64,000 nt of DNA, from the NCBI GenBank assembly GCA_964270895.1, contig OZ185445.1. One strand, 5' to 3'. Both the position numbers and the translations under genes were made by a program. The stretch's first letter is position 1. Each line of letters starts with the position of its first letter. The notes under the pieces were generated by a model that was given only the letters and a program-made list of their open reading frames with translations, did not search any database and had not been told where the DNA came from. The DNA is from Podarcis filfolensis. Taxonomy: Eukaryota. This document shows positions 49,233 to 61,919 of this stretch, piece after piece.

Positions 49233-50107
49233 TGAGCTACCTGCAATGACTGCTCCCCGCATAAAAACGGGGGGCGCCCTTTGCATGGACGCGCGCAGCC
49301 CCTGGATCTGGAGCGGCTCCATCAGCATAGGCTTGGCTTCGCCTTCCCTCAGGTGGAATACCTGGAGGTCTCCGCCTACCTCAGTCAGCTGTCCAATCCC
49401 ACCTGGGGGAAGCGTTGCCAAGGAGACCAGGCCAGGTAGGGTAGGAACTACCTGCCCACACAATAGAGGGAGGATCTTACCTGGGAATCCTCACTTGGCT
49501 CCAGAGCTTCTCCCACCCTACCCACCCTCAGTTAATGTCTTGTTTTGCTGGTTAACTTTTCTTCACAGGTTTGCAGGTTAACTTTTCTTCACAGGTATGC
49601 GGGCGCTGCTACGTCAAGGTCGCTGTTAAAGGGCCAGAAAGGAATTTGCCTGCATTGGCAGGTTTCGCCTTTCCCGTAGCAAAACGTCACAACTTTGGCG
49701 GTATCAGGCCTTGGGCAGAATCCTTTAGTCTATCTTCCTCTTTGCAGCGGCAATACCAGGGTTCCCCGTTAAAGGGGTTTCTGAAGGGAGGCTTTGACCG
49801 TACGCCGAAAGGTCGTCATTGCTCTCCCCTGCGGCAGCGGCGTAATGGGGGCGGCTATCTCTGCTTGAACATATGTTCTCCAGAGCCGGCCCACCCCCCC
49901 CCACTGGATAGCCCTGATGCTCCCTAGGTCCCCGGCTGGGGACTGGGGAGGGATAACGCCCAATGCCTGAGCCAAGGTCTACCCACATTTGAAATTTAAT
50001 AAAGTTGTGGCCAATTTAATCCCATAGCACGTTGTCTTGAGTTGTTATTCTACATGACGGGGGGGGGGGCGTTCGGGATCTGGGGGACTCCACCTGTCCA
50101 CACAACA
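49233..50107 (+). mobile_element. Solo LTR (875 bp)
   Basis: TG...CA termini, ggattt on both sides (49227-49232, 50108-50113), AATAAA at 49998, CpG-rich, internal 26-bp duplication. Confidence 0.7.
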
Positions 50108-50809
50108 GGATTTCCCACCTCTCCCCATGCACGGACCACACTCTCCCCCAATCTGCCCTGGAGGGTTGGGGAACCCCCAGAACAGATTTAAGGAGCATGT
50201 GGGATGGAGGCAGGGAAGACGCTCCATTGTGCAAGCGGAAATCCATGGATGGAACAAGTTAGTTGTATACGTCCCATTGAAGTGAATGTGGGGCTAGGTT
50301 TTGAGTGCTCCTCAGTGGTGCAGGGATGGCACTTTGCATATGCTCAGAGGCAGGATTAATTGTTTTTTCATTAGCAGGGGAAAGAGTTGATTGATGCCAC
50401 TGTTGTAAATTAAGTTTCCCACGGATATGTCATCTGTTTCCTAAATGGTGCATGCTTGACTAAAATCTGCAGCTGAACAGAGCATTAGCAAGGCCATTTC
50501 AATGTTACATCCCTTTGTTTCCTTGCACATATTTTGTGTCCTTCCCATATTTGCCTATACAAGGAATGACTTTCTTTCTATACACATAAAGTGCCCTAAG
50601 CAAAAAACAAATCTAGAAGTGTATTGATGGTGTGTCTTTTTTTTTTTTTTGTCTAGTTAACCACTAGATTCCAGTGTCCTCTTCCTGTCACAGCACATGG
50701 GATATTTTGCTACCTTGAGAAACACTGGAATTTGGCTCAGGGTAGTAAAATGGCCCCCAAACTGGGTATGTAATTTTCTTTGTCTCTGTCCAAGAAGATT
50801 TAGTATGAG

Positions 50810-50945
50810 CAGTGCTATATTTCTAGAAAAAGAAGTGCCAGAATTCATCACAAACACCTCCCTTGTTCTCTTATAATGGCAATGGAGTCCATCTGAGAGG
50901 TGATGGAACTGAGTTCTGGTGAATTCCAGCTGAACAAAAGTCATG
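50810..50945. mobile_element. hAT-type MITE (family E)
   Basis: Reverse copy of the outer element at 58539; 8-bp TSD agtatgag. Confidence 0.85.
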
Positions 50946-52007
50946 AGTATGAGAATATAGAAACATGAGCACAAGCACAAAGTAGTAATCAAGAACGAAA
51001 TGCCTGGTAGCATGGAAACATTATCTCAAGGACCACAACCCTCCGCTGATGTGGGTGGGAGACTATGCTATAGCTCTGAAGAGGGTTAAGACTTAAGCTG
51101 TGTGTGTTGAATCTTGTATGTCAATCATGAGCACAAAAAAATCAGATTGGAATGACCCATTTATATGAGATATTGCTCCCATCTAGAAGTACCCTTGAAA
51201 ACAAACCAAAATCCTCAGTTCACTATTTTATTATTATTTTTGTCAAATTTAACTATCAAAGCAGAGTTCTTCCACTCGAGGGCATGAAATTATTTGATTG
51301 TTCATCACAGAATATTCTTTCTTTTGCAGACATTACTGTTTCAGACCATCATCACTGACCTCGACGAATGGGGACAGATTGATCTTTTTATTCTGTAGAA
51401 ACTGATGACACAGACTTTTGAAGTAGTTTTCCTGCACTTTCTGCCAGAGGAGCTGTGCCAAATATCAATCCTTAACTTGAAAGAAATCTTTTTTTTTATT
51501 TTCAAGTGAGATGAGTTTTTGTACGGCGATCAGTCAAATTCCAAATCACTGCAAAATGTGAACTCTGCTTGTTTCTATGAATATTAATGATGCTTCATTC
51601 TATGGGTTTCCTCCCCCCCCATTGTGTAACTCCAAAATGACATTTAAAATTGTTCATTAAAAAGAAAAATTGCTACATGAGGACTTGAGTTGCTTTTAGT
51701 GTAACATCACACCTTTGTGTATTGGCAAATCCATAAGAATCTCAAAAGCCCAACAGATCCTGTTCACTGATCCTTCTGGGAACTAATATATATATATCTA
51801 GAGAGAGAGAGTGCGCGCTATATAAGCCAAATAAGATGCTATAAACCAAACTACGTCAATTCACAGTTGTGCAGTGCTCCAAGAGGCCAAAACACTCACT
51901 GGTCAAATGGCTTTAAACTTTCATTACATTCATACACTAACACTTCGAGGCCTACACAGGAGTAAATCCTGTGGAAATCAATTGGCACTTTTGCCCTTGC
52001 ATATAGG

Positions 52008-52398
52008 TAGAGATGGGAGATGCTATCAATTTCAGTTTCTTGTTTTTCCTAATCTTAAATCCAATTCTCCACATTTTTTTAAAAAACTAAAAAGGCCTTA
52101 TGGAAATTCATCAGCATTTTAGCACAAATTTCTCCTAACGGCCACATTTTTGTATGCCATTTCCCCTAACATACACATTTTTGCAAAACATGTTTTCCCT
52201 AATATTTATATTTATCAAAAATACGCACATTTTAATGCACACTTTAACCTTAGTATATATGCCTGTATACACATGTCTACTTGGCTGGAGAACTGTGAAT
52301 TTCAAAGAATAGGTTTTGGTTTGTATTTGGTCAAAAAATGCAAATTAGGTAGATTTGACTTGCAATGCAAACGGAATCAAATTTCTCCCTCAATCCCT
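52008..52398. mobile_element. Degraded DNA-transposon-like relic
   Basis: Imperfect termini TAGAGATGGGAG...CTCCCTCAATCCCT around an AT-rich, internally repetitive body. Confidence 0.4.
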
Positions 52399-53220
52399 CC
52401 ATACAGAATCATACCCCAGAGCTGCAATCCTATGGACATATACTCTGGAGCAAGTTTTTCTGAACTCGAAAGGGATTTACATCCGTGTAAACATAAAGAG
52501 AACTGAAATGCATTCATGCTTTGGGCTTTTACTGTGTTTTCTGTAAATTATGTTGTGTATTTAACATGTTGGTCTTTTAAAAAAGTTGGATAATTGCCTA
52601 CAGAGTGATTGAAATAAACAACAGTGAATAGGATTCACGTACTCCAAAAACTTTTAGCTATGAAATGTTCAGCTTATTTTGCCAATAAGGTGATATCTGT
52701 GCCCAGTGTACACTCATGTTTACTGTCCTGCATTTATTTAACCATTTGTCAATAAAGGAGGATCCTTGGCAACATCTGCCGTGTGCAGTGGATCAGCTGC
52801 AGATGTTTCCCCACACATTCAGAACTGCAAAGAAAAAAACACATTTGCATAACAGATTAGCTAGCTCCCATATAGCAGCAGTCCAGCTGCTTTCTCCCTG
52901 AATTGTCTCAAACCATCTGGTTGGCATTATCCCATACTCAGTGTGCCAACATATATTCCCTGAGTGTCAAATGCCACAGCATAAATATACTCTGGTACCT
53001 GTAAGAAATGAGGCTTCCCTAATGGGCACTATCACTGGCCCATGTGTGCTAAGAGGCTCAAGTGCCAGTATTGAATTGCGGCATGCAAAGATACTGACTC
53101 ATACCATTTACACTCAGTGTCCACCTTTTGTTTCATCTTACAGTTTTCCCCCCATGTAAGTTCAGGCTGAAATAGAGTTGCTTTCCTTCTAATGCCTTTT
53201 CAAAATCTCACGATCTAATT

Positions 53221-53756
53221 CAGGGGTCGTCAAAATTGTTTAGCAGCGGGCCAGTCCACTGTCCCTCAGACCTTGTGGCGGGCCAGAGAAGCAGCACTGG
53301 GGGCTGAGTGGAAGAAGAGGCGAGGGGGGCAAGTAGTCCTCCTCCCCACCCCCACCCCCACCCCTAGCCCCAGCTGCTGCGCTTACCTTCCCAGGGGCTG
53401 CCACCACCGTCACCACCGCTGCTGCTTCTCGTAGGTAGGCAGAGTGAGCTTGTCTGCTCTGCTTTCTGGCTCACAGGAGCACCAGGGTGGCAGCGGCAAC
53501 GGGAGGAAGAGGCTGAGCAGCAGTGGCTCTACCAATCAAACGCCGCGCCTGGTTTACCTCAGCGTGGTGTGGGGATATCTCTGCCAATCAAACACAACTG
53601 AGGTAAACCAGGCACGGCGTTTGAGTGGCAGAGCCACTGCCGCTTGGCTTCTTCCTCCCATCGCCATCTCTGGGAGTCTCGGCTTCGCAGCGCAGGCTGG
53701 ATTTAAGACCCAGGTGGGCTTGAACCGGCCCGGGGGCCTCAGTTTGCCAACCCCTG
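53221..53756. mobile_element. hAT (Charlie-like) non-autonomous element
   Basis: TIR CAGGGGTCGTCAAA...TTTGCCAACCCCTG; 8-bp TSD atctaatt/atctaatg. Confidence 0.85.
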
Positions 53757-53818
53757 ATCTAATGCTTCATTTCTGCTGAATTAACTGCCAAGTTGCATGG
53801 GGTCCTTGGTGATATATT

Positions 53819-53859
<41 letters not shown>

Positions 53860-53860
53860 G
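53819..53860. repeat. Compound (TG)n(AG)n microsatellite
   Basis: (TG)10 followed directly by (AG)11. Confidence 0.92.
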
Positions 53861-54056
53861 CATGAAAGAGAGAGACATATATAATAAAAATCTAAGGCTA
53901 TTGTCACACTGCAGTCTGCTTGATCACAGACAGGTGCTGCTGCAAGAAATGGTGGATGGGTAGCCCAGGAGAGGCAAAAAGGACGGCTAGAATAGGACGC
54001 ATCTGTCCCTCAGCAGCCCCCCTGCTCTGCCAGCTCCTCTGCCTACCAACCCAAAG

Positions 54057-54199
54057 GCTCTCTCTCCCCCCCACCCCCATCCCCTGCCACAATCCAGACC
54101 TGCTGTTGGCTGCCTTCCTGACCAGGAGCTCTCTCTCTCCCCCACCCCCATCCCCTGCCACAATCCAGACCTGCTGTTGGCTGCCTTCCTGACCAGGAG
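54057..54199. repeat. 71-bp tandem duplication
   Basis: ccaccccc atcccctgccacaatccagacctgctgttggctgccttcctgaccaggag occurs twice, period 71. Confidence 0.9.
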
Positions 54200-56569
54200 A
54201 TCTGTTGCTGCCACCTCTGCCTCTGCAGTCACTTAGGATACAGGAGGTGCAGCGTGGCATTGAGGAAGGTGGCCATAGAACTTTTCCTCTTTACACTTGA
54301 ACTGCCATTTCCCTTGAGATACTGGTTGCAGCATTTTCTGTATCCTTTCTGCATTTTTCTTCTTGGATCCAGTAGTTGTTGTTTCTGCTATAATTGGGAG
54401 GCTAGAATGCCCCACTGCACCTGATGAGAACCCTGGTCTCAAAGACAGTAACTGGTCACAACACTGTGTTAAGACAATAGCTACTGTGACTTATGATGAC
54501 CTTATTTTTTATTTTATTTTATTTTGCTTGTACAGTCAGTCTCGAAATCAGGCTATAAATACAAGGATGGAGGGAAGGAATAGTTGCCTATTCTTTCTGT
54601 CTATTTCATTACGTAGCTGAGCTAGACAGTAAATAGGTGTCAACAGCAAATCGCAATAGGAAAAGGAGAATTTCATAACATAAAATAATGCATCAGCATT
54701 ACTGCAGCACAAATGTTGTTTCTATCTAGGTAAATAACGACAGGAAAGTACCAGAATAAAATACTGCAGATATGGCTTCTTACTGCATCCATGATTGTTG
54801 TCTTAACATTTCCACGAACCGGATATGCAAAAAGGTGTCATGGGCAATGTTTGTTTTTGTTTTGTTTTTTTGTAAGCAGCTCAATACAGAGGAAAGCAAT
54901 TACAAATTTTCTACTCACAACATAGCTAAAATTGACTACAATCCACTCACCTTTGCTTCTGCACAGTCCTCATGGAGTTGTGCCATAATGGTTTGGCCGA
55001 TTGTTCTCTGTAAGTCAGTGGCCGCACAAAAGATTTATGCAGGGTGGCTACTTCAAACCAGACTATGTGGAAGCTGCCTCCCTTTTCTGCGATGCTTCTT
55101 AACGCCAGTTTTATATGGTACCCTAATATGCAATCCACGCTAGTGAGAACACACTACTTTTTGGACCTAGCAGTCTAACAATTTTTGTTTGGTTTAAAAA
55201 TAACGGGTGAAAGGCTCTGATCTTTGGAGTTTCCTTTTCAGGAAAGTGCCAGGGTGGCAGAGATGTGACTCACCCCTGCCAGCCTGGTCTGTGTCCTGCT
55301 GCAGAGGCTGCCCAGCTCCTCCTTGAGATCAGGAGCAAACACGGAAAAATAAAAGCAGGGAAAAGAGCAAGGACAGCCGATGTAACCTATGATTAGGCGC
55401 TGCTCCTTGCTGTGCCCAATCTCCACACATTCTTTAGAGTGTGGTATCGAGGCATGCAGTGGATTTTCAAAATCTGTAATGTGTGAAATAGCCGCAGGTC
55501 CGTTGTTTGCAGGCGCTATAAGAAAGGAGAAAAAAACGTCGGCGATATGCACACTTTGTGTGTTTGGAAAAATAAGAGGCCTTCTAAGTCAGAGAATCAT
55601 TAAGCGGATGCCCTCTTTGCTCCAAAAATGTGCCTCTCCAAATTGCTTCCATAAATTTTCTCACCGAGGCAGCGTGATATTTGATAATTATCCGCTGGTG
55701 TCATAAGGCATAATGACAAAAAGTGATAGCAGTTGGGAAGCCTTTTATACCGAGCCAGCAATTTTAACCATCTGCTGCATAATTGTAGGCTGAGGGTTAT
55801 GGACAATGGACATATAAGATCATTAGCGCCGATGCCATCGAGGTGCAACAAAGGTCCTGTTGGCAAAAGGCCTAGCAAGAAAATGGTGTGGGTTGTTAAT
55901 AGAATGGTAATGGAGACAAGGTGCAGCAATTATGTTATCGTGAGACAGTCTTAGTCGGTCCATGTTCTCTTCGAGCTTCCCTCCCCTCCCACTGTGATTG
56001 CTTGCAACACTGGCGGGAGTAAGGAAGCCATTGAGAGGAACACACGGGCCATTCCTACCATAATTATCAGCATAACTTTTAATGACACCCAATAAAAGAT
56101 ATACTGTGTAATGCACTGTCCATAAGACCCTTTTCATTAACCACCTGTGTGCAGGTAGCCTTCACAGAGAAGTGCTTTGCTTGCCTAAGGCTATCTAATG
56201 TGCTCTACAGTAGAATGCAACTTTGGACCTGCCTTCCACTTCTCAAACCAATGGTCTACACAGCATCACACCAACCTTATTGAAGCTCTGCAACCATTGG
56301 ACAGTTGATTCCATTTCATTTCAAAAGAGCTTAGAGCAGGAGCCTTCCTACCACAATAGGAAAGTCCCCCCTTCCTGCTGTGACCAGATCCCCTCCACCA
56401 TGGTGCCCCAAAGTGGAATGAAGAGGGTGGAGCAAAGAGAGACAAGACAAGTCTTGCACTGCTGGGGAAGGATCTAGGAGAGGAGGGGCCTTAGAGAGCT
56501 GTGGAAGGCGGGGACCTTCAGTCCTCACAACTGCCTCACTGGGGCAAGAAAAACTTAATCAATTATATG

Positions 56570-56722
56570 ATAGCTCAGTTGGTTGTAGCATGGTGCAGGT
56601 AACACCAAGGTTGCAGGTTCGATACCTGTATGGGATAGCTGCATATTCCTGCATTGAATGGGGTTGGGCTAGATTATCCTCACGGCCCCTTCCAACTCTA
56701 CAATTCTATAATTCTATGATCC
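56570..56722 (+). mobile_element. tRNA-derived SINE with CR1-type tail
   Basis: GATAGCTCAGTTGG head, GGTTCGATACC B box, ttccaactctacaattcta tail. Confidence 0.85.
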
Positions 56723-57822
56723 TAGTACAGATCTCCAACAATTCCTCTGCAACCGCCAGAACTGAGTTACACTCGCATCGCTCAGAATGAATTTGGCCTG
56801 GAGGTTTTCCCCAGGATAATACTAAACATGTGGTATTGCTTGAATATAGAGAAGAGAAATCTGGGGCCCTTTTTTTGCAGAATGAACACAGAGAAAGAAA
56901 AATCTATTTGAGATTTGCTGTAGGGCTGCATCAGGCTGACGCGTCTGAGCACCCCCCTTATTTAATTGGGTAAGCCTGAGCTTAGGATCTGCCTTCTCTT
57001 TGCTGCAACTTCAGAAAGCGAAGGCATTTGGCAATTTAAGCCACAGCTCATGAAATAGATTTACAAAGAGTCAACAGTCACCTTTGACAGGATTACAGTG
57101 CAGGAGTTATTTGTGCTGTTTATAATGTTAAAAGATCAAACTCTACCCAATGCGCGAAGCAGAAGGATAAATACCCCCTTGTACAGACCTGACTGCACAG
57201 GACAAGCCAACCTTGTCAAAATTCAGCATTATGCAACTCACAGTTCAGTTGTTGCCATCAAGGGGAATTAATTTTGGAGAACCTGCGGCAGCAAACAGAG
57301 CAACGCATCTGGGGCTCCGTGGCAGAGAGGCTGTGTACCAATTCCTTCCTGATTGTACGCTGTAAATTACGCCTCACCTAGCAGCTTTAGTATAGTGATT
57401 TAACATTGACTGCCACAACCGGATCCCTGCAGCTTCCATCTTAACTTGTTAGAAGCCTGTAATAAAATCTTTCCTCCTCGACGGAGGAGAAAAATAATTA
57501 ATTTGTTGATGTTGTATGGAAAAGCATAGCATGTGGTGAATGGGCCATTCTTTGGATAAAAAAAGAACATAATTGCACTGAAACGATACAGCCTAGAAAG
57601 CAAAGACAATTTTGCTCTCAGAGGCAATAATATGTAGCGGTAACCTTGGGCTTCCTCCTAGGTGACAGTCGCTATAAATTCTCAGTTTGCTGCCACATAC
57701 ACCCTGCTTTGCCTAGATCACATTTAGTCAATCATGTCTGTTACTTGGTGAGTCAATCACAATCTTTGAATGGATGCTGCTGAATCTTTGACAGACTGGG
57801 ATCTGAGCATGCTCAGAAAATA

Positions 57823-58216
57823 TGCCCATACAAACCGTCCCAGACTCTGCACTCATCATCTGAGGCCCTTCTTCATTTGCCTCCTCCACGTGAGGTCCAG
57901 AGGATGGCAACATGAGAACAGGCCTTCTTTGTAGTGGCTCCCCGTTTGTGGAGTGCTCTCCCCAGTGAGGTTCGGCTGGTGCCTTCATTATATATATTTT
58001 AGATGCCAGGTGAAACTGTTGCTCTTTAACCAGGGCTTTGGCTGATTAATATTCTACAGACTATTAAATGTGTCTGTCTGTGGAAAGGGGGTGGGGTATT
58101 GTGTTGCTGTTTTGTTTTACTTATTTACTTGTTCTTATTTTATTCTGTGAACCGCCCTGAGATCTTATGATGAAAGGTACAAATCTAATAAGTAAATTAA
58201 TTAATTAATTAATTAA
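57823..58216 (+). mobile_element. L2-type LINE 3' end
   Basis: LHSSSEALLHLPPP...AFFVVAPRLWSALP; 3' UTR and AT-rich tail. Confidence 0.85.
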
Positions 58217-58538
58217 AATTCAATAAGCTGCTTTGAGAGATTAGGGAATTTCTCAGTGGACACACCCAATATATGACTTATTTGCTTTTGGGAAGCTGAG
58301 GCAGCTGCGCTGGCATGTTTTCTCCTCATGCCCCAGTCGCCGTACTTGTGGTTGCACATTCCTGTTTCACCTCAGAGGGTGAAATGGGATGCGCCACTCT
58401 TGGCGTTGCCTGTGAACCTTACTTTCCCATCTCATGCATTGAAAGCTATCATTCACATGACACTTTTAGTGGGTGCAACAAAATGATCTGGCAAGCTTGA
58501 AAAACTGGCCTCGGGAATTGTCAGTGGTGGCTTATGAG

Positions 58539-58960
58539 CAGGGCTTTTTTTCAGCCGGAACTTGCCAGAACTCAGTTCCGGCAGTGGCGTAGCTAGCTGC
58601 TCGAGTGCCCGGGGCAGCGCAAATGCCCTGCACCTGGGGCAGGGCAAGCCGGGGCAGAGCACGTTGTGTGGAACCAACCTGGAGTCTGTAAGCCCCACGT
58701 TGCCGTTTCGGGCAGCACGGAGCCTGCAGTGACCGAGCCACCGTGTCACTCCCCAGGAGAGACATGTGGCTTGGGCGCACTGCAGGCCAGGCCCCACAGT
58801 CACCCCCCTAGGTAATGACACCAGAGGCGGACCGCACCCACTGCACCCCCCTTCCTGCGCCACCAAATTCCGGCACCTCTCAGATGGGCACTATTGCCAT
58901 TATGAGAGTTCAAGGGAAGTGTTCAGTTCTGGCACCTCTTTTTCTAGAAAAATAGCACTG
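58539..58960. mobile_element. hAT-type MITE (family E) with nested insertion
   Basis: CAGGGCTTTTTTT...AAAAATAGCACTG; perfect 8-bp TSD cttatgag. Confidence 0.88.
58582..58865. mobile_element. GC-rich hAT-type MITE nested in family E
   Basis: Starts CAGTGGCGTAGC; TSD agttccgg/aattccgg. Confidence 0.8.
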
Positions 58961-59270
58961 CTTATGAGGGATGGGCTGAGGGAATGGCATCCTCTGGGGG
59001 GCATTCATTAGGAAAGGGATGGAGTTGGCAGCAGTGAGGGGAGCTTGGGAGTTCACATTGGCATGAGAGCCACTTTCTCATGGCATAATTTTATGTTGTT
59101 CTGGGAACGCAGGGATGAAAGAACAATAAGGGTGAGGCCAATGACCAAGTCCCTTGATATGAACGCCACCTCTGAAATTGCAGCACCCAGGTTTTCTTTC
59201 TTCTTTTCTTTAATGCAAGCAAATGTTGTTTGTTTACTATTATCAGACGATCATAAAAAGGGGGCAATAC

Positions 59271-59750
59271 TGTTGTTTAGTCACTTAGTCGTGTCCGACT
59301 CTTCGTGACCCCATGGACCAGAGCACGCCAGGCACTCCTGTCTTCCACTGCCTCCCACAGTTTGGTCAAACTCATGCTGGTAGCTTCGAGAACACTGTCC
59401 AACCATCTCGTCCTCTGTTGTCCCCTTCTCCTTGTGCCCTCCATCTTTCCCAGCATCAGGGTGTTTTCCAGGGAGTCTTCTCTTCTCATGAGGTGGCCAA
59501 AGTATTGGAGCCTCAGCTTCAGGATCTGTCCTTCCAGTGAGCGCTCAGGGCTGATTTCCTTAAGAATGGAGAGGTTTGATTTTCTTGCAGTCCATGGGAC
59601 TCTCAAGAGTCTCCTCCAGCACCATAATTCAAAAGCATCAGTTCTTTGGTGATCAGCCTTCTTTATGGTCCAGCTTTCACTTCCATACATCACTACTGGG
59701 AAAACCATAGCTTTTACTATACAGACTTGTGTTGGCAAGGTGATGTCTCT
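59271..59750 (-). mobile_element. Bov-B LINE 3' fragment
   Basis: 153-aa ORF IVKAMVFPVVMYGSESWTIKKAD...HGVTKSRTRL is the RTE C-terminus. Confidence 0.95.
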
Positions 59751-60500
59751 ACATTAGCACAATAATTATTTCAGCTTTCCCAAGAAATGCAGAACAGCAC
59801 CTATGGTTAAAAGAAATGATCGCAGGTACTGATATGACGCACCTACTCTAAAATATAAGCCGTCTTACACTAGAATAAAGCACATTTGAAATAACAAAAG
59901 CATCATTTCCCAGTTGTCTGTTGTGAAAGTACCCACTCAAACGTAAGCTGACACATCCTAAGCTCTCAGAGAATCCCCTCATTCTCACCACTGTCCTTAA
60001 CATACTGATGCCAAATGCTCTGTCACCCATCCAAAACCTCAGATCTAAAAAAGGTTACACTTAAGCTACAGCTCAGCTCAGCTTATTTGAAAGGCTCAGC
60101 AGAATCGTTTGACAATAGACCACTGTGAAAGGTGCACTCAGACATGAGTGGGTAAATTCTAAACCCTAGGAAAAATAGCAACCAATTTTCATCAATATCT
60201 TAGTCATGTGATTCTCATAACGCTGCTTAAGCAAAATCCATGCTCTGTTATTATTTCTAAAATCAAATAACACGCACATACAAAATTAATAAACAAAATT
60301 AATCAGTTGAAGCCACTAGTAAGCCAAAACTGGTATCCGTTTATGGATTACGTCAAAACAAATAAATGAAATATGTCACAAGCTTTTCACTAGCTCTGGG
60401 ATAAACCTTGATTTTCTACTGAAAAGACAAATCACAAACATTTTTACTTTTCCTCCGTGTAGTTCTAAGCATAGCATGCATGTTTTCCCATCTCACATTA

Positions 60501-61171
60501 TGTTGTTGCTGTTGTTTAGTCATTTAGTCGTGTCCGACTCTTCGTGACCCCATGGACCAGAGCACGCCAGGCACTTCTGTCTTCCACTGCCTCCCGCAGT
60601 TTGGTCAAACTCATGTTGGTTGCTTTGAGAACACTATCCAACCATCTCGTCCTCTGTTGTCCCCTTCTCCTTGTGCCCTCAATCTTTCCCAACATCAGGG
60701 TCTTTTCCAGGGAGTCTTCTCTTCCATGAGGTGGCCAAAGTATTGGAGCCTCAGCTTCACGATCTGTCCTTCCAGTGAGCACTCAGGGCTGATTTCCTTA
60801 AGAATGGATATGTTTGATCTTCTTGCAGTCCATGGGACTCTCAAGAGTCTCCTCCAGCACCATAATTCAAAAGCATCAATTCTTCAGCGATCAGCCTTCT
60901 TTATGGTCCAGCTCTCACTTCCATACATCACTACTGGGAAAACCATAGCTTTAACTATACAGACCTTTGTTGGCAAGGTGATGTCTCTGCTTTTAAAGAT
61001 GCTGTCTAGGTTTGCCATCGCCTTTCTCCCAAGGAGCAGGCGTCTTTTAATTTCGTGACTGCTGTCACCATCTGCAGTGATCATGGAGCCCAAGAAAGTA
61101 AAATCTCTCACTGCCTCCATTTATTCCCCTTCTATTTGCCAGGAGGTGATGGGCCCAGTGGCCATGATCTT
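60501..61171 (-). mobile_element. Bov-B LINE 3' fragment
   Basis: EAVRDFTFLGSMITADGDSSHEIKRRLLLGRKAM...; one frameshift; (CAA)n tail. Confidence 0.95.
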
Positions 61172-61552
61172 CAAAGCCCTCAAGTAGAACTGGAGCACAG
61201 GAGCACTCGCTCCTCTTTTGGTTTCCAGGAACTGGTAAAGTGGTCCTTAAGTTGTCTAGTGGCAGAGGATGGGATGAGAGAAGCTTGCTGACTATTTCAG
61301 GCTTATTGTTTTTCTGTTCCTGAACTGCTATGACTTATCAGATGTGCCTGAATATTTGTATCACCACTGTTACTTACCTCTGGCACTTGTACCCAAAATA
61401 ATTACTGTAGTTTTTGCTAGACATTTTCTTCAGGTTTAACCTGAATCAAAAAGTAATGATCAACCAATAGTACATGTCTACTCAGAAATAAGTCCTATTA
61501 GTTCAGTGGGGCTTACTCTTAGGTAAGTGTATAACACTGTAGCCTAAAACAC

Positions 61553-61919
61553 TGAAATATACTCAGAGTCAAGAGTGGATTTCATGCTCTTTATTCAGCT
61601 CATAGTGGTGAGGAGGGAATGAAAGTCCCCTCAAAGTATCTGCTTTATATACATTATTTACACAATGGGCTGCACATGATTGGCTAATTCCGGAATTCTA
61701 CTGTAAGCCAATCAGGTTGTGGATTCACTTCTATCTGGAGCTGGATTGGGTGGCTCCTGCCGACCAATCATACTGCTGCATTGTTCTAGGACCAATCAGA
61801 CTGCTGCATTCTGAATCCTATTGTTCTAGGACCAATCAGACTGCTGCATTTTGGAGCCTATTATTCTAGGACCAATCAGACTGCTGCAGTTTGGATCCTA
61901 TTCAACTCAGTACACAACA
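61553..61919 (-). mobile_element. Solo LTR (367 bp) with 40-bp CCAAT subrepeats
   Basis: TGTTGTG...TATTTCA on the minus strand, 5-bp TSD aacac, TATA (gtatataaag) and AATAAA in the expected order. Confidence 0.88.

Noticed and set aside
59277-59738. Longest clean ORF outside the CpG island (153 aa) and its antisense ORFs
   Set aside because: C-terminus of 5'-truncated Bov-B ORF; not a host gene.
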